The position numbers and the translations under genes were made by a program. The notes under the pieces were generated by a model that saw nothing but the letters and a program-made list of their open reading frames with translations, was not told where the DNA came from and ran no database searches. Positions 8,493 to 17,549 of a stretch of DNA of 32,000 nucleotides are shown here, one piece after another. The DNA comes from Longirhabdus pacifica. GTDB taxonomy: Bacteria > Bacillota > Bacilli > Paenibacillales > DSM-105158. Each line of letters starts with the position of its first letter. Within the stretch, counting starts at the first letter, position 1. Location: assembly GCF_004115085.1 (NCBI RefSeq), contig NZ_QXJP01000022.1:32325-64324 (forward strand). The letters run 5' to 3'.

Positions 8493-8876
8493 ATGACAAT
8501 TTTAAATGTAGATATGATGGAGAAAGCACAATTTTATGTTGCTAAATATGCGTTGGATAATGTTGATGGGGTAAAACGATTACTTGCCGACCGTTATATT
8601 ATAGATGAACGAAGGTTTAAAGGAGATACTGCTGCAAGCGATATTTTAATAGATTTGAGTCGTGCAATAGAAAAAGCAAATCTTAGTGAGAAGCAAGTCG
8701 AAGTCATTGCACTTATTTATGGGTACTGGCAATTAACACAGAGAGAAGCATCGGAAGTCATGGGAGTTTCACAGAAGCAAGTATGGAGATATGTACAAGC
8801 AGCAGTTGAGAAAATTGCCGATGTATTTGCAGAGTGGAAATACAATGAAATTGAAGTGTGGATGGAAGTCGAATAA
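8493..8876 (+). CDS. Sigma-70 region-4-like late-gene activator (PBSX Xpf / ArpU-like)
   Basis: The C-terminal ..LSEKQVEVIALIYGYWQLTQREASEVMGVSQKQVWRYVQAAVEKI.. is a typical sigma region 4 HTH. SD AGGAGA lies 6 nt before ATG 8493. The ORF-track start at 8415 lies inside the LexA boxes. Its position, immediately before the tail genes, matches xpf. Confidence 0.7.
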   Translation: MTILNVDMMEKAQFYVAKYALDNVDGVKRLLADRYIIDERRFKGDTAASDILIDLSRAIEKANLSEKQVEVIALIYGYWQLTQREASEVMGVSQKQVWRYVQAAVEKIADVFAEWKYNEIEVWMEVE

Positions 8877-9017
8877 AAAAAATAAAAAAAATTGCATTTA
8901 GGGGGTATAATTTTTGAAGTTCGTTACCTACTTATATGAACAATCAGAAACATCACCACAAGATGCTTTATTGTTCACTACACTGTAATGTCATCTACTT
9001 GGAATAGGTTATAGAAT

Positions 9018-9056
9018 AAAACGTCGTTGATCACAGATCATAACGGCGTTTTTTCT
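9018..9056 (+). terminator. Strong intrinsic terminator between the regulator gene and the structural operon
   Basis: aaaacgtcgtt..(gatc aca gatc inner pairing)..aacggcgtttttt. A long, nearly perfect hairpin followed by T6. Confidence 0.8.
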
Positions 9057-9178
9057 ATAGGAAGGAAAGGATTGGGAAGGGACAAGATGAAGACACATGA
9101 TCAAGACAAAGCTTTGGATGAACAAATGTCGGAACATTTTATTCATCCCTTGTAAGTTGAAAAAAGGAGGTGATGAAC

Positions 9179-9628
9179 ATGTCCATTGAAACTAACTTTG
9201 CAGCTATGGAACAATTTTTGCAGCAAACCCTTTCAGCCAATCATGTTGTAAGGCATGAGAAGCCGAGTGTGGTGGAGGACGGAACGTTTGTCATACGATT
9301 TATGGAAGACAAAAGAGAAATCCAATCCCCCTATCAAATGAAAAGTACAAAACAATTTGCTATCGATTACTACGAGCAAAACATGAACAACGTACTAAAG
9401 CAAATGGACATGTTAAGTGACGCCTTATATGAGGCAAAGAGCATCGCACTACCTAACGCTAAACCTGCGATGAGAGTCCAATCGTTCACTTACTCTATTC
9501 CAGAAGATAACGTTGACATACAGTGTACAGGGGTACTAGCTGTTACCGAAATGCTTCCTTTCCAACAAGGAACGTACAGCAAAATCAAAAATGTTTATGC
9601 AACATATCAAAACAATGAGGAGGAATAA
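9179..9628 (+). CDS. Hypothetical protein immediately upstream of the sheath gene (positional candidate for a tail terminator/completion protein)
   Basis: SD GGAGG (9166-9170) is 8 nt before ATG 9179. It is separated from the sheath gene by only 3 nt (stop 9628, sheath ATG 9632). I recognise no family. Confidence 0.6.
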   Translation: MSIETNFAAMEQFLQQTLSANHVVRHEKPSVVEDGTFVIRFMEDKREIQSPYQMKSTKQFAIDYYEQNMNNVLKQMDMLSDALYEAKSIALPNAKPAMRVQSFTYSIPEDNVDIQCTGVLAVTEMLPFQQGTYSKIKNVYATYQNNEEE

Positions 9629-9631
9629 AAC

Positions 9632-10651
9632 ATGGCAGGAGGATCTTGGGATTCAACAGCATTACCAAAGCGTCCAGGTTTATATTTAAATTTTGTAGAG
9701 GCTGCAACAGCACAAATTCAAGGAGGTGCTCGTGGCATTATCGCTATGCCGATCATGACTTCATCCGGAACAGCAGTAGCGAAAACAATGTACACCGTTT
9801 CCAAAGAAAGTGAAGCAGCAACATTATTCGGAGAAGGGAACATTCAATCCATCAAATTTGCATTACAAGGTGGTGCAAAAGAAGTACTCGCTTATGCTAT
9901 GGAAACTACGCCAGATTATGCTGCAATGCGTGATGAATTTGATAAGTACGAATTCAACGTATTCGTGTTTGACGGTACAGCAGATACAAGCGAGCAAGCA
10001 AGTGTAAAAACATGGATTGAAACAAACCGTTCCGAAGGGAAACACTTCATGGCTGTGCTCGGCCGCTCAGATGATAGCGCTGTTCCAGCAACAAAAGAAT
10101 TCGATGAGGATTATATCATTCATCTCATTAATGGTGTCAAAATTGAGGATGAAACGCATCATTCAGCAGCTTTTGCACCATATATTGCAGGACTTATTGC
10201 AGGTACAGCGATTAATAAATCGATTACGTACAACCAAGTATTTGTAGATGATGTCAATGTAAGATTCAAGCACAGTGACATCAAAACAGCACTAGGCAAC
10301 GGTGCCCTTGTACTTGTACATGACGGTGGAAGAGTGAAAATCGAACAAGGTATTTCATCTTCAACGAAAAAAATCCGTGCAATCAGAGCAAGACAAGCAG
10401 TTGCAACGGACATCACCAAAGCAGCAGCAGAAGCTTATATCGGTAAGTTGAATAATAATGAGGATGGTCAAAAAGCATTAATTGGTGTCATTAAAGCTTA
10501 TTTAGAAACGTTAGAGAATGCGAATGTGCTTTCTGACATTACAGTGGAATTAGATGCAAACCAAGTATCCGAGGGAGACTCTGTATTCCTAATTGTAGGG
10601 TATAAAGAAGTAGATTCCATGGAACGTATATTCTTAAACATTAATGTATAA
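9632..10651 (+). CDS. xkdK: Contractile tail sheath protein (XkdK-like)
   Basis: N-terminus MAGGSWDSTALPKRPGLYLNF.. and overall similarity to PBSX/SPP-type sheath proteins. SD AGGAGGA upstream. Followed by the tube gene. Confidence 0.9.
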   Translation: MAGGSWDSTALPKRPGLYLNFVEAATAQIQGGARGIIAMPIMTSSGTAVAKTMYTVSKESEAATLFGEGNIQSIKFALQGGAKEVLAYAMETTPDYAAMRDEFDKYEFNVFVFDGTADTSEQASVKTWIETNRSEGKHFMAVLGRSDDSAVPATKEFDEDYIIHLINGVKIEDETHHSAAFAPYIAGLIAGTAINKSITYNQVFVDDVNVRFKHSDIKTALGNGALVLVHDGGRVKIEQGISSSTKKIRAIRARQAVATDITKAAAEAYIGKLNNNEDGQKALIGVIKAYLETLENANVLSDITVELDANQVSEGDSVFLIVGYKEVDSMERIFLNINV

Positions 10652-10684
10652 ACAAAATAAAATTAACTGAGGAAGGTGATTGAT

Positions 10685-11122
10685 GTGGCATTAGATGCAT
10701 CACGTACAATTAACGGAACATTTGGAGAAGTTTGGTATGATGGAGAATGGTTAACAAATATAAAAAGTGCAGAAGCTGCTGTAGAGATAAACAAAGAAGA
10801 AATACAACGTGCTGGGACTCGTTGGGTAGCTCATAAGGTTACTAGTTTAACCGGCAGTGGTACAATGACCGGGTATAAGATTACTACAGAATTTATTGAG
10901 CGAATAGGACAAGTAGCAGATGATACAAAGGGGCCATTTGTAACAAGTATTATGATGAAGTTAGCTGATCCTGAATCATTTGGTGCATACCGTGTTCGTC
11001 TAAAAGGCGTTCAATTCGATAGTATTCCGCTAATGAACTATGAAGTTGGTTCAATAGTAGAGGAAGAGCTACCATTTACATTCACTGGATATGAATTAGA
11101 AGATAAGATACAAGCTCAATAA
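10685..11122 (+). CDS. xkdM: Tail tube protein (XkdM-like)
   Basis: (M)ALDASRTINGTFGEVWYDGEW..EELPFTFTGYEL is XkdM-like from end to end. SD GAGGAAGG ends 9 nt before GTG 10685. The ORF-track GTG at 10676 abuts the SD. Confidence 0.9.
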   Translation: MALDASRTINGTFGEVWYDGEWLTNIKSAEAAVEINKEEIQRAGTRWVAHKVTSLTGSGTMTGYKITTEFIERIGQVADDTKGPFVTSIMMKLADPESFGAYRVRLKGVQFDSIPLMNYEVGSIVEEELPFTFTGYELEDKIQAQ

Positions 11123-11133
11123 AGAGATTTTAG

Positions 11134-11171
11134 TAGCGGTTTATTTCCTTATTAGAAATAAACCGCTTTTT
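11134..11171 (+). terminator. Intrinsic terminator-like hairpin directly after the tube gene, inside the structural operon
   Basis: agcggtttatttc (11134-11146) / gaaataaaccgct (11154-11166), a perfect 13-bp stem with a 7-nt loop, followed by ttttt. Confidence 0.75.
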
Positions 11172-11233
11172 ACTTTTATTCATGCAAGTATTTCATAGCA
11201 TTATTCTATTTTATACATTGGAGGAAAAATAAA

Positions 11234-11626
11234 ATGAGTAACCAACGACAGGAAGAAATTTTAAATGCATTATTAGATACGGAAATCAAACCACAAAAAG
11301 AATTATATATGAAACGATTTGGTGTTAATTTCTCCATCGAAGCATTAGATGGAAAAACAATACATCGAATTCGTGAACAGGCAAGTTACCCAGTGAAGAA
11401 TGGAAAACAGCTTGATGAAGAGAAGTTTGGAGCATTAATCATTGAAAAATCTTGTAAACAACCAAATTGGTCTGATGATAAGCTAGTGAATGCCTTCGGC
11501 CCTACACCAGTTGATGTTATTCAAAAGCGTTTATTAGCAGGAGAAATCGCAAGATTAACAACCGAAATTTTAAATCTTTCTGGATTTGGTGATGAGGAAG
11601 AACAAATTGAAGAAATAAAAAACTAA
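11234..11626 (+). CDS. xkdN: Tail assembly chaperone (XkdN-like), zero-frame product
   Basis: Position between the tube and tape-measure genes, acidic C-terminus (GDEEEQIEEIKN), SD GGAGGAAAAA upstream. Confidence 0.8.
   Translation: MSNQRQEEILNALLDTEIKPQKELYMKRFGVNFSIEALDGKTIHRIREQASYPVKNGKQLDEEKFGALIIEKSCKQPNWSDDKLVNAFGPTPVDVIQKRLLAGEIARLTTEILNLSGFGDEEEQIEEIKN
11617..11623 (+). promoter_or_regulatory. Programmed -1 ribosomal frameshift slippery heptamer A_AAA_AAC
   Basis: Zero-frame codons ata aaa aac are followed by taa taa. The -1 frame opens exactly here and stays open for 63 codons, up to the tape-measure start. Confidence 0.7.
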
Positions 11627-11814
11627 TAAAGTCAGGTGGCATACCTTATTTAATGCATGAAATATTTCAAAGACAAGGGATACCACCTGACGAAATCTTC
11701 TCCAAACCTAGAATAGTCCAGCAATTTATGCTTTCTTCTATGATATTAGTACTTGAAGAAGAAGAGCGTGAAAGAAAGCGTACAACAAGGTTAAATCAGA
11801 AAGGAGGGAGATAG
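11623..11814 (+). CDS. -1 frame extension of the chaperone (G/GT-type fusion; missing from the ORF track)
   Basis: The -1 frame reads LIKSGGIPYLMHEIFQRQGIPPDEIFSKPRIVQQFMLSSMILVLEEEERERKRTTRLNQKGGR. Its stop TAG (11812-11814) directly abuts GTG 11815 of the tape measure gene. Confidence 0.65.
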   Translation, partial: LIKSGGIPYLMHEIFQRQGIPPDEIFSKPRIVQQFMLSSMILVLEEEERERKRTTRLNQKGGR

Positions 11815-13872
11815 GTGGATCAGGATTTAAGTAAGACGATAAAAAAAATAAATACTTTTTCAGACAGCTTAAAAGAAGCCCTAGATCGGCTAGATGCTTT
11901 TAATAAGTCTTTAAAAAAGATGAGTGAAGTTAGCAAAGTAGCAGCTAAAAAATTGAAAAAAACCACAAAAGAAACCAGAAAGTTAACGGACCAAACAAAT
12001 ATGCTAGCCGCATCTATGAAACAGACATCCTCTGCTTCAAGCAAACTTAAGAAGACAATGAAAACTATCCCTTCTATCTCAAATAAAGCGTGGAACATGA
12101 TGAATAAAACAAAGATCATCAAATCTTTCACAAAAACTGCAACTCATGGATTTCAGTCCTTCATAAATAAGACGAATCAAGCCAAAGGAAAACTAAGTGC
12201 TTTTTTTAATAAGATGAAGTACGCAGGATTAATAAAAAAGTCGTTTGGTAAACTGGGTTCAGTTTTCACATCTACATTCGGAGGATTGAAATCAGGTGCT
12301 GGAAAAGCATTTGGAGCAATGAAGTCTACATCCTCTAAAGCTTTTGCAGGAATGAAAAGCGGATTGTTAATGGTTGCTGATTTAGCTGTAAAAGCCGCAA
12401 CTGCTGTATTTAGTCTAGCTTCAACAGCTTTGAAATCGGCTGCAAAGCGGGAAACGCAAGTTATACCTATCCAAGCGGCTATACACGCAAAACTTGGTGG
12501 TGGTGAAGATGCAAAGGCAAAAGCTGCTCAATTAACATCAGACCTAGTTAACGAAATGAAAAAGAAGGCAGATGGTTCAAGGCTTTCCACAGATAATTTT
12601 CTTGCCTCTGCCAATTCGTTTACTCCTATAACAACGGATCAAAGTGAATTAAATCAATTAGTCGATTTTGCGAATAGAATGGATGCTGCTACTGGTAAAG
12701 GCATGTCATCTTTATCAGATGAACTAATGCAAGTCATGCAGGGTAATACGGATGCATTTGCACAAAAGTATGACATTGCTGATCAATTTGTAGGGTTTGA
12801 TCAACTACAAACAAACGCAGAAAAGATCCAACGACTAGATGAAATATTAGAAGGTATTGGTCATTCCACTTATGCGGTGGAGTTAATGGACAATAGTGCA
12901 ATGGGAGAATATTTGCAATTTACTACACGATTTAAAGAAGGTTTGGCTCAGGTTGGATTAATGGCCTTAGACAAACTAAAACCACTACTATCACTGATGA
13001 ATGAAATATTTAGTGCTGATAAAATGCAACCTTTCATTCAAATGGGAGGTAACTTATTTGCTGGTCTAATAGAGGGGGTAATGTATCTAATTCAGTTTAT
13101 ACAATTAAACTGGCCAAAGATTCAGCAATATTTTGCTAATGGTGTAGCGCTATTAACACCAGTATTTAATGCGTTTAAAGATGCTATGATTACCATCATT
13201 GAAGCCGTGAAACCGTATTGGGGCTCATTTATAGAAACTATACTCTCCGTTCAAACCGCAGTAAAGCCCGTTTTCACATTAATTGCTAGTTTAATTCGAG
13301 CGATTGGATCTGTGGTAGAAGCTGTAATGCCTACTGTTATGGATATTTTTAATACCGTTTTTCCTATGGCAGCGGACCTAGCAGGTACTTTGGCAGAAGG
13401 AATTAACTGGCTCGTGACTGAAATAGTTGAACCACTAATTCCTCTCATTGGAGATGTTATTAGCATAATGTGGGGAATAGTTGAGCCTATAATTGGTTCT
13501 CTCAAGTCTGCGTTTGACTTCCTTGCAGATAGTATTGGTAGTGTTGTAGGGAATGTAACGGACTTCTTTAAATCTGTAGGAGATGTTGGTGGAGAACTTA
13601 TTGGCAATGCTATTAATTTCGTTACAGGTGGAGATAGCGTGGATGGTTCTCATTCTAGCGGCCTTTCTTACGTTCCAAGAGATGGATATATTGCCCGTTT
13701 GCACAAAGGGGAAAGGGTATTAACATCTGAGGAAAATAAAGCTTACGGTAGCAATAGCATGCACATTGCTAAATTAGCGGATCAGATTGTTGTTAGAGAA
13801 GATGCAGATATTGATCGTATTGCTAGTGTTTTAGTTTCTAGAATGAGTGAAGCAGGCATGTCTTATGCTTAG
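11815..13872 (+). CDS. xkdO: Tail tape measure protein (XkdO-like, 685 aa)
   Basis: Lys/Ala/Ser-rich helical N-terminal half, hydrophobic Gly/Ala/Ile-rich central part, C-terminal ..LSYVPRDGYIARLHKGERVLT.. motif typical of tape measure proteins. Position after the chaperone. Confidence 0.85.
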   Translation: MDQDLSKTIKKINTFSDSLKEALDRLDAFNKSLKKMSEVSKVAAKKLKKTTKETRKLTDQTNMLAASMKQTSSASSKLKKTMKTIPSISNKAWNMMNKTKIIKSFTKTATHGFQSFINKTNQAKGKLSAFFNKMKYAGLIKKSFGKLGSVFTSTFGGLKSGAGKAFGAMKSTSSKAFAGMKSGLLMVADLAVKAATAVFSLASTALKSAAKRETQVIPIQAAIHAKLGGGEDAKAKAAQLTSDLVNEMKKKADGSRLSTDNFLASANSFTPITTDQSELNQLVDFANRMDAATGKGMSSLSDELMQVMQGNTDAFAQKYDIADQFVGFDQLQTNAEKIQRLDEILEGIGHSTYAVELMDNSAMGEYLQFTTRFKEGLAQVGLMALDKLKPLLSLMNEIFSADKMQPFIQMGGNLFAGLIEGVMYLIQFIQLNWPKIQQYFANGVALLTPVFNAFKDAMITIIEAVKPYWGSFIETILSVQTAVKPVFTLIASLIRAIGSVVEAVMPTVMDIFNTVFPMAADLAGTLAEGINWLVTEIVEPLIPLIGDVISIMWGIVEPIIGSLKSAFDFLADSIGSVVGNVTDFFKSVGDVGGELIGNAINFVTGGDSVDGSHSSGLSYVPRDGYIARLHKGERVLTSEENKAYGSNSMHIAKLADQIVVREDADIDRIASVLVSRMSEAGMSYA

Positions 13873-13883
13873 GAGGTGATAAA

Positions 13884-14525
13884 GTGCAATTTTGGTTAAG
13901 TTACAATAACGAAGCGGAAACTTTTCAACTTCCAGTGAATCCACAAAACATCAGCATATCTTCTGGTCATAACTTTAACGATGTACAAGTTTCCAAACTT
14001 GGTGAGTTTACCATCATCGGAGAAGAGCAACTCAAACAGTATGATTTCTCATCTTTTTTTCCAAAAGACTATCAGCCGATGTATTGTGAATATGATGGCT
14101 TTCCAGAACCTTGGCAGGCAGTAAAGAAAATAGAAGAGTGGCAAAAGTCAGGTAACCCCGTTAGCTTTAAAATTACAAGTCATGATGAAACCCAAAAAGT
14201 AAATACCGCAGCAACCATCCGCTCATTCAATTACGAAGAAAAAGCGGGTAGCCCTGGAGATATTTACTTTACGATTAGTTTGAAGGAATTTAAATTCCTA
14301 GAATTTCAAAAAGTAGAAGGTCCCGATGACTTGCAAAAAGTAAGACCAAATAACCAAGAGAAAGTAACAACTTACATTGTAAAAAGCGGAGATTCATTAT
14401 GGAAAATTGCGCAAAAAACATTGGGAAATGGAAGTGAGTGGCGCAAAATTTATGATGCAAACGTCGATGTCATCGGACCGAATGAAAACTTGATTTACCC
14501 GAAACAAAAGTTGGTGATTCCATAA
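13884..14525 (+). CDS. xkdP: LysM-domain tail protein (XkdP-like)
   Basis: C-terminal LysM: YIVKSGDSLWKIAQKTLGNGSEWRKIYDAN...LIYPKQKLVIP. SD GGAGGTG lies before GTG 13884. Confidence 0.85.
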   Translation: MQFWLSYNNEAETFQLPVNPQNISISSGHNFNDVQVSKLGEFTIIGEEQLKQYDFSSFFPKDYQPMYCEYDGFPEPWQAVKKIEEWQKSGNPVSFKITSHDETQKVNTAATIRSFNYEEKAGSPGDIYFTISLKEFKFLEFQKVEGPDDLQKVRPNNQEKVTTYIVKSGDSLWKIAQKTLGNGSEWRKIYDANVDVIGPNENLIYPKQKLVIP

Positions 14526-15520
14526 TGAATTTACAAATAGCATATAACGGAGACTTTTATATTGATCCTATCGTGACTTCTGTTACATGGTCGGGAGATA
14601 TTAAACAGGCATTCCGCAAACTAGAACTTAGTATTTCCAATACGGAAAATGGGGATAATCCTATCATTACGTTTGAAAAAGGGAAACCACTAGTCCTTTC
14701 AAAAGACGATAAAGAACTATTTCGCGGTGTTATTTTTTCTCATTCTATGGAATTAGATGGGACGATGAAACTAACGGCATACGATGAAAATATATATTTA
14801 ACAAAAAACATGGATACGAAAAAATTTGTCAACATGACAGCTTCTGAAATTATCGGGCAGCTATGTAGTGAGTATGATATTCTCGTTGGATCGATTCAAG
14901 ATACAGGCTATGTGCTGCCAAAATTAATTTTACGAGACAAAACATTATGGGATATGATGATTACCGCCTTAACGGAAACGAAGAAACAAACCGGAAGGCG
15001 CTTTTTTATTTATTCTGAACAAGGAAAACTATTTGTTAAAGAACGCAAAGAAAGAGTAGTAGAGTGGGTTTTACAAAACGGATTTAACATATTAGGCGCA
15101 TCCTATTCTGAATCTATCGAAGACTTACGCAATCAAGTGAAGGTATACAGTGGAGATATTAATAAGGGTCCCTACGATGAAGAGATTGAGCATGACGATC
15201 AGTCTATTGAAAAATATGGTTTAATGCAGCATTTGGAAACGGCAAGCAACGATCAAAAACAGTCTCAACTAAAACAATTAGCAAAACAGTTATTAAAAGA
15301 CTTGAACAAAGTGTCGGAAGAAGCAAGCATCGAAGCATTAGGTCACGATGGCGTTATTTCTGGAACATCCGTGGATGTCACCGAAGCCATGACAGGCATG
15401 AAAGGTGCTTACTATGTCGTAACAGATAGTCATACTTTCGAGAACAATATGCATCGCATGCAAGTGACATTATCTGAAAAAGAAGAGCTTCCTACACTAG
15501 AATATACAGAGCAAGAGTAG
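14525..15520 (+). CDS. xkdQ: Baseplate hub / late-control-D-like tail protein (XkdQ-like)
   Basis: TAATG overlap with the previous gene. Size and N-terminus (..VTSVTWSGDIKQAFRKLELSI..) resemble XkdQ/YqbQ. Confidence 0.8.
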   Translation: MNLQIAYNGDFYIDPIVTSVTWSGDIKQAFRKLELSISNTENGDNPIITFEKGKPLVLSKDDKELFRGVIFSHSMELDGTMKLTAYDENIYLTKNMDTKKFVNMTASEIIGQLCSEYDILVGSIQDTGYVLPKLILRDKTLWDMMITALTETKKQTGRRFFIYSEQGKLFVKERKERVVEWVLQNGFNILGASYSESIEDLRNQVKVYSGDINKGPYDEEIEHDDQSIEKYGLMQHLETASNDQKQSQLKQLAKQLLKDLNKVSEEASIEALGHDGVISGTSVDVTEAMTGMKGAYYVVTDSHTFENNMHRMQVTLSEKEELPTLEYTEQE

Positions 15521-15555
15521 CATTGTAGTTTTCACCTGCTTAGGAGGAGGTAAAA

Positions 15556-16026
15556 ATGAAAGTGAATGAAGAAAAGCCAGAAGGCGGCTCCTATAGCAAG
15601 CTCATACAAATGATGCAAACATTCGGCTATAACAAAGATGTAGATGTCGAATTAGCAACCGTACTGTCTGTTGAACCTCTGAAAATTAAAGTGGACAATA
15701 TGAACATTGAATTAGAGGGTACGGATTTAATTGTAGCGGAGCAATTGTTGGAACATAAACGTACGTTAAACATAAATCAGCAGCCTATGACGGTGCAAGC
15801 AGATGTATCCCAACATGATATTAGCGCCACCAGTTCATGTACTGCTGGGGGTTCTACTATCCCCAATAATAACGTTACGTTTACAACATTAGGCTTGGAT
15901 GCCGAAGTTTCAGGAGAAAATATCGAAGTGACGATCATGTCTAAACTTGAAGTTGGAGACCGTGTTATTGTCGCCTCGATACAAGATAATCAAATTTTTG
16001 TCGTATTAGATAAGGCGGTGATTTAA
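15556..16026 (+). CDS. xkdR: Baseplate spike/plug-like protein (XkdR-like, DUF2577)
   Basis: Order in the cluster and the ..ATVLSVEPLKIKVDNMNIELEG.. pattern of the DUF2577 family. SD AGGAGGAGG upstream. Confidence 0.7.
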   Translation: MKVNEEKPEGGSYSKLIQMMQTFGYNKDVDVELATVLSVEPLKIKVDNMNIELEGTDLIVAEQLLEHKRTLNINQQPMTVQADVSQHDISATSSCTAGGSTIPNNNVTFTTLGLDAEVSGENIEVTIMSKLEVGDRVIVASIQDNQIFVVLDKAVI

Positions 16027-16440
16027 TTGGCTTTAAGCCCAATACAACAAGCGCCAAATGTAGAGATAAAAGAGAGTAGAAAGCAAATAGCATCGTCAAA
16101 GACATACCATTTTAATTTTGATACAGGCGAAATGAAAGGATTTGTAGATAGTTTACAAGCGATCAAACAATATATTCGTAAAGCACTATGTACGCCTAGA
16201 TTTCGCTATTTAATATATGATGACCAATACGGAAGTGAATTGGAAGAACTTATCGGCAAAGACGTTTCTAATGAGTTCATTTTTGCCGAAATTCCTCGTC
16301 TCGTAAGAGAAGCACTCATTTACGATGATCGAATTACAGACGTTAAAGATGTAAAAGTAAAGCGACAAGACGATGCTATCTACGTATCGTTTCAAGTAGA
16401 AACTTACCTAGGTAGCATACAAGAGGAGGTGAAGTTGTAA
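16027..16440 (+). CDS. xkdS: Baseplate wedge protein, gp25/W-like (XkdS-like, DUF2634)
   Basis: TTG start directly after the previous stop. ..TPRFRYLIYDDQYGSELEELIGK.. is typical of DUF2634. Precedes the baseplate J gene. Confidence 0.75.
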   Translation: MALSPIQQAPNVEIKESRKQIASSKTYHFNFDTGEMKGFVDSLQAIKQYIRKALCTPRFRYLIYDDQYGSELEELIGKDVSNEFIFAEIPRLVREALIYDDRITDVKDVKVKRQDDAIYVSFQVETYLGSIQEEVKL

Positions 16441-17549
16441 TGGCATATGAGAACGTAACAAAAGATGTTATTTTAGAGCGTATGTTAGGACAAGTGCCAG
16501 ATGACATTGATAAGCGACAAGGGTCTATCACGCATGATCTCTTATCGCCAGCAGCGATTGAACTAGCACAAACTTACATTCACTTAGATCAAGTACTTCG
16601 TTTTGGCTTTGCTGATACGACTTACGGTGAATATCTGGATTTACGCTGTGCAGAAATGGGTTTAACACGAAAAGCGGTAACGGAAGCAGAAGGACAAGTC
16701 ACGTTTACCGGACCTGATGGAACCGTCATCCCTGTTGGAACACAAGTTTCCTCATCCCCACTCATCGACAGTGATACCCTATATTACGTGACAACGGAAG
16801 AAGGTAAGGTTTTAAATGGCAGTGCGGCCGTGAACATTAAAGCTGTTACTGGAGGTGCACAAGGTAATGTGGAAGCACATTTCATTACTACCGTGATAGG
16901 AGATTTAAGCAGCGTATTGAGTGTGACAAATGATAAACAGACCGAAGGCGGAACAGACGAAGAATCAGATAAAGAATTGCTCGACAGATATTTAGAACAT
17001 GTACAGCAGTCTGGTACGAGTGGCAACGCCAACCATTACTTGCAATGGGCAAAAGAAGTCCCGGGTATATCTGAAGCGTTGGTCAAACCGCTTGCCAATG
17101 GACCAGGTACTGTAAAAGTGATCATTCTAGGTGATGATAAAAAAGCACCTTCTACCGAAATAACGGAAGATGTGGACAAGCATATTGAAAAAGTACGTCC
17201 CATTGGAGCAGATGTTACCGTAGAAGCAGCAACAGAAATTCCAATTACTATATCCGTAAAAATAGAATGGTTAGATGGCTACAAAGGACAACGGACATTA
17301 GAACAGTTACAGCAAAAAATTACAGAAGATATTACGCAATATTTAGCTTCATTAGCTTTTGCTGATCCTATCGTACGCCGCTCACAAATAGGAAATGTCA
17401 TACTCGATTTAGAAGCAGTCAAAGACTACGATGAACTATATATTAATGGACAAGCAACAGGTAATGTAGAAATTGCTATCCAAGATGGACAAGTAGCCGT
17501 ACTGTCTGAAAACGGTGTGACCGTAACAGAGAAGGAGGGAAGTGCATGA
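16440..17549 (+). CDS. xkdT: Baseplate J-like protein (XkdT-like)
   Basis: TAATG overlap with the previous gene. ..GSITHDLLSPAAIELAQ.. and ..GGTDEESDKELLDRY.. are baseplate-J family features. 369 aa. Confidence 0.85.
   Translation: MAYENVTKDVILERMLGQVPDDIDKRQGSITHDLLSPAAIELAQTYIHLDQVLRFGFADTTYGEYLDLRCAEMGLTRKAVTEAEGQVTFTGPDGTVIPVGTQVSSSPLIDSDTLYYVTTEEGKVLNGSAAVNIKAVTGGAQGNVEAHFITTVIGDLSSVLSVTNDKQTEGGTDEESDKELLDRYLEHVQQSGTSGNANHYLQWAKEVPGISEALVKPLANGPGTVKVIILGDDKKAPSTEITEDVDKHIEKVRPIGADVTVEAATEIPITISVKIEWLDGYKGQRTLEQLQQKITEDITQYLASLAFADPIVRRSQIGNVILDLEAVKDYDELYINGQATGNVEIAIQDGQVAVLSENGVTVTEKEGSA

Noticed and set aside
8892-8911. TTGCAT ... TATAAT pair after the activator gene as a sigma-A promoter
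   Set aside because: The two hexamers are only 8 nt apart, and no TTGACA-like -35 sits at the correct 17-nt distance. I kept it only as part of the unexplained 8877-9056 segment.
9087-9155. 22-aa mini-ORF (MKTHDQDKALDEQMSEHFIHPL) between the terminator and the first structural gene
   Set aside because: It has a purine-rich upstream region, but it is too short and featureless to support as a gene from sequence alone.
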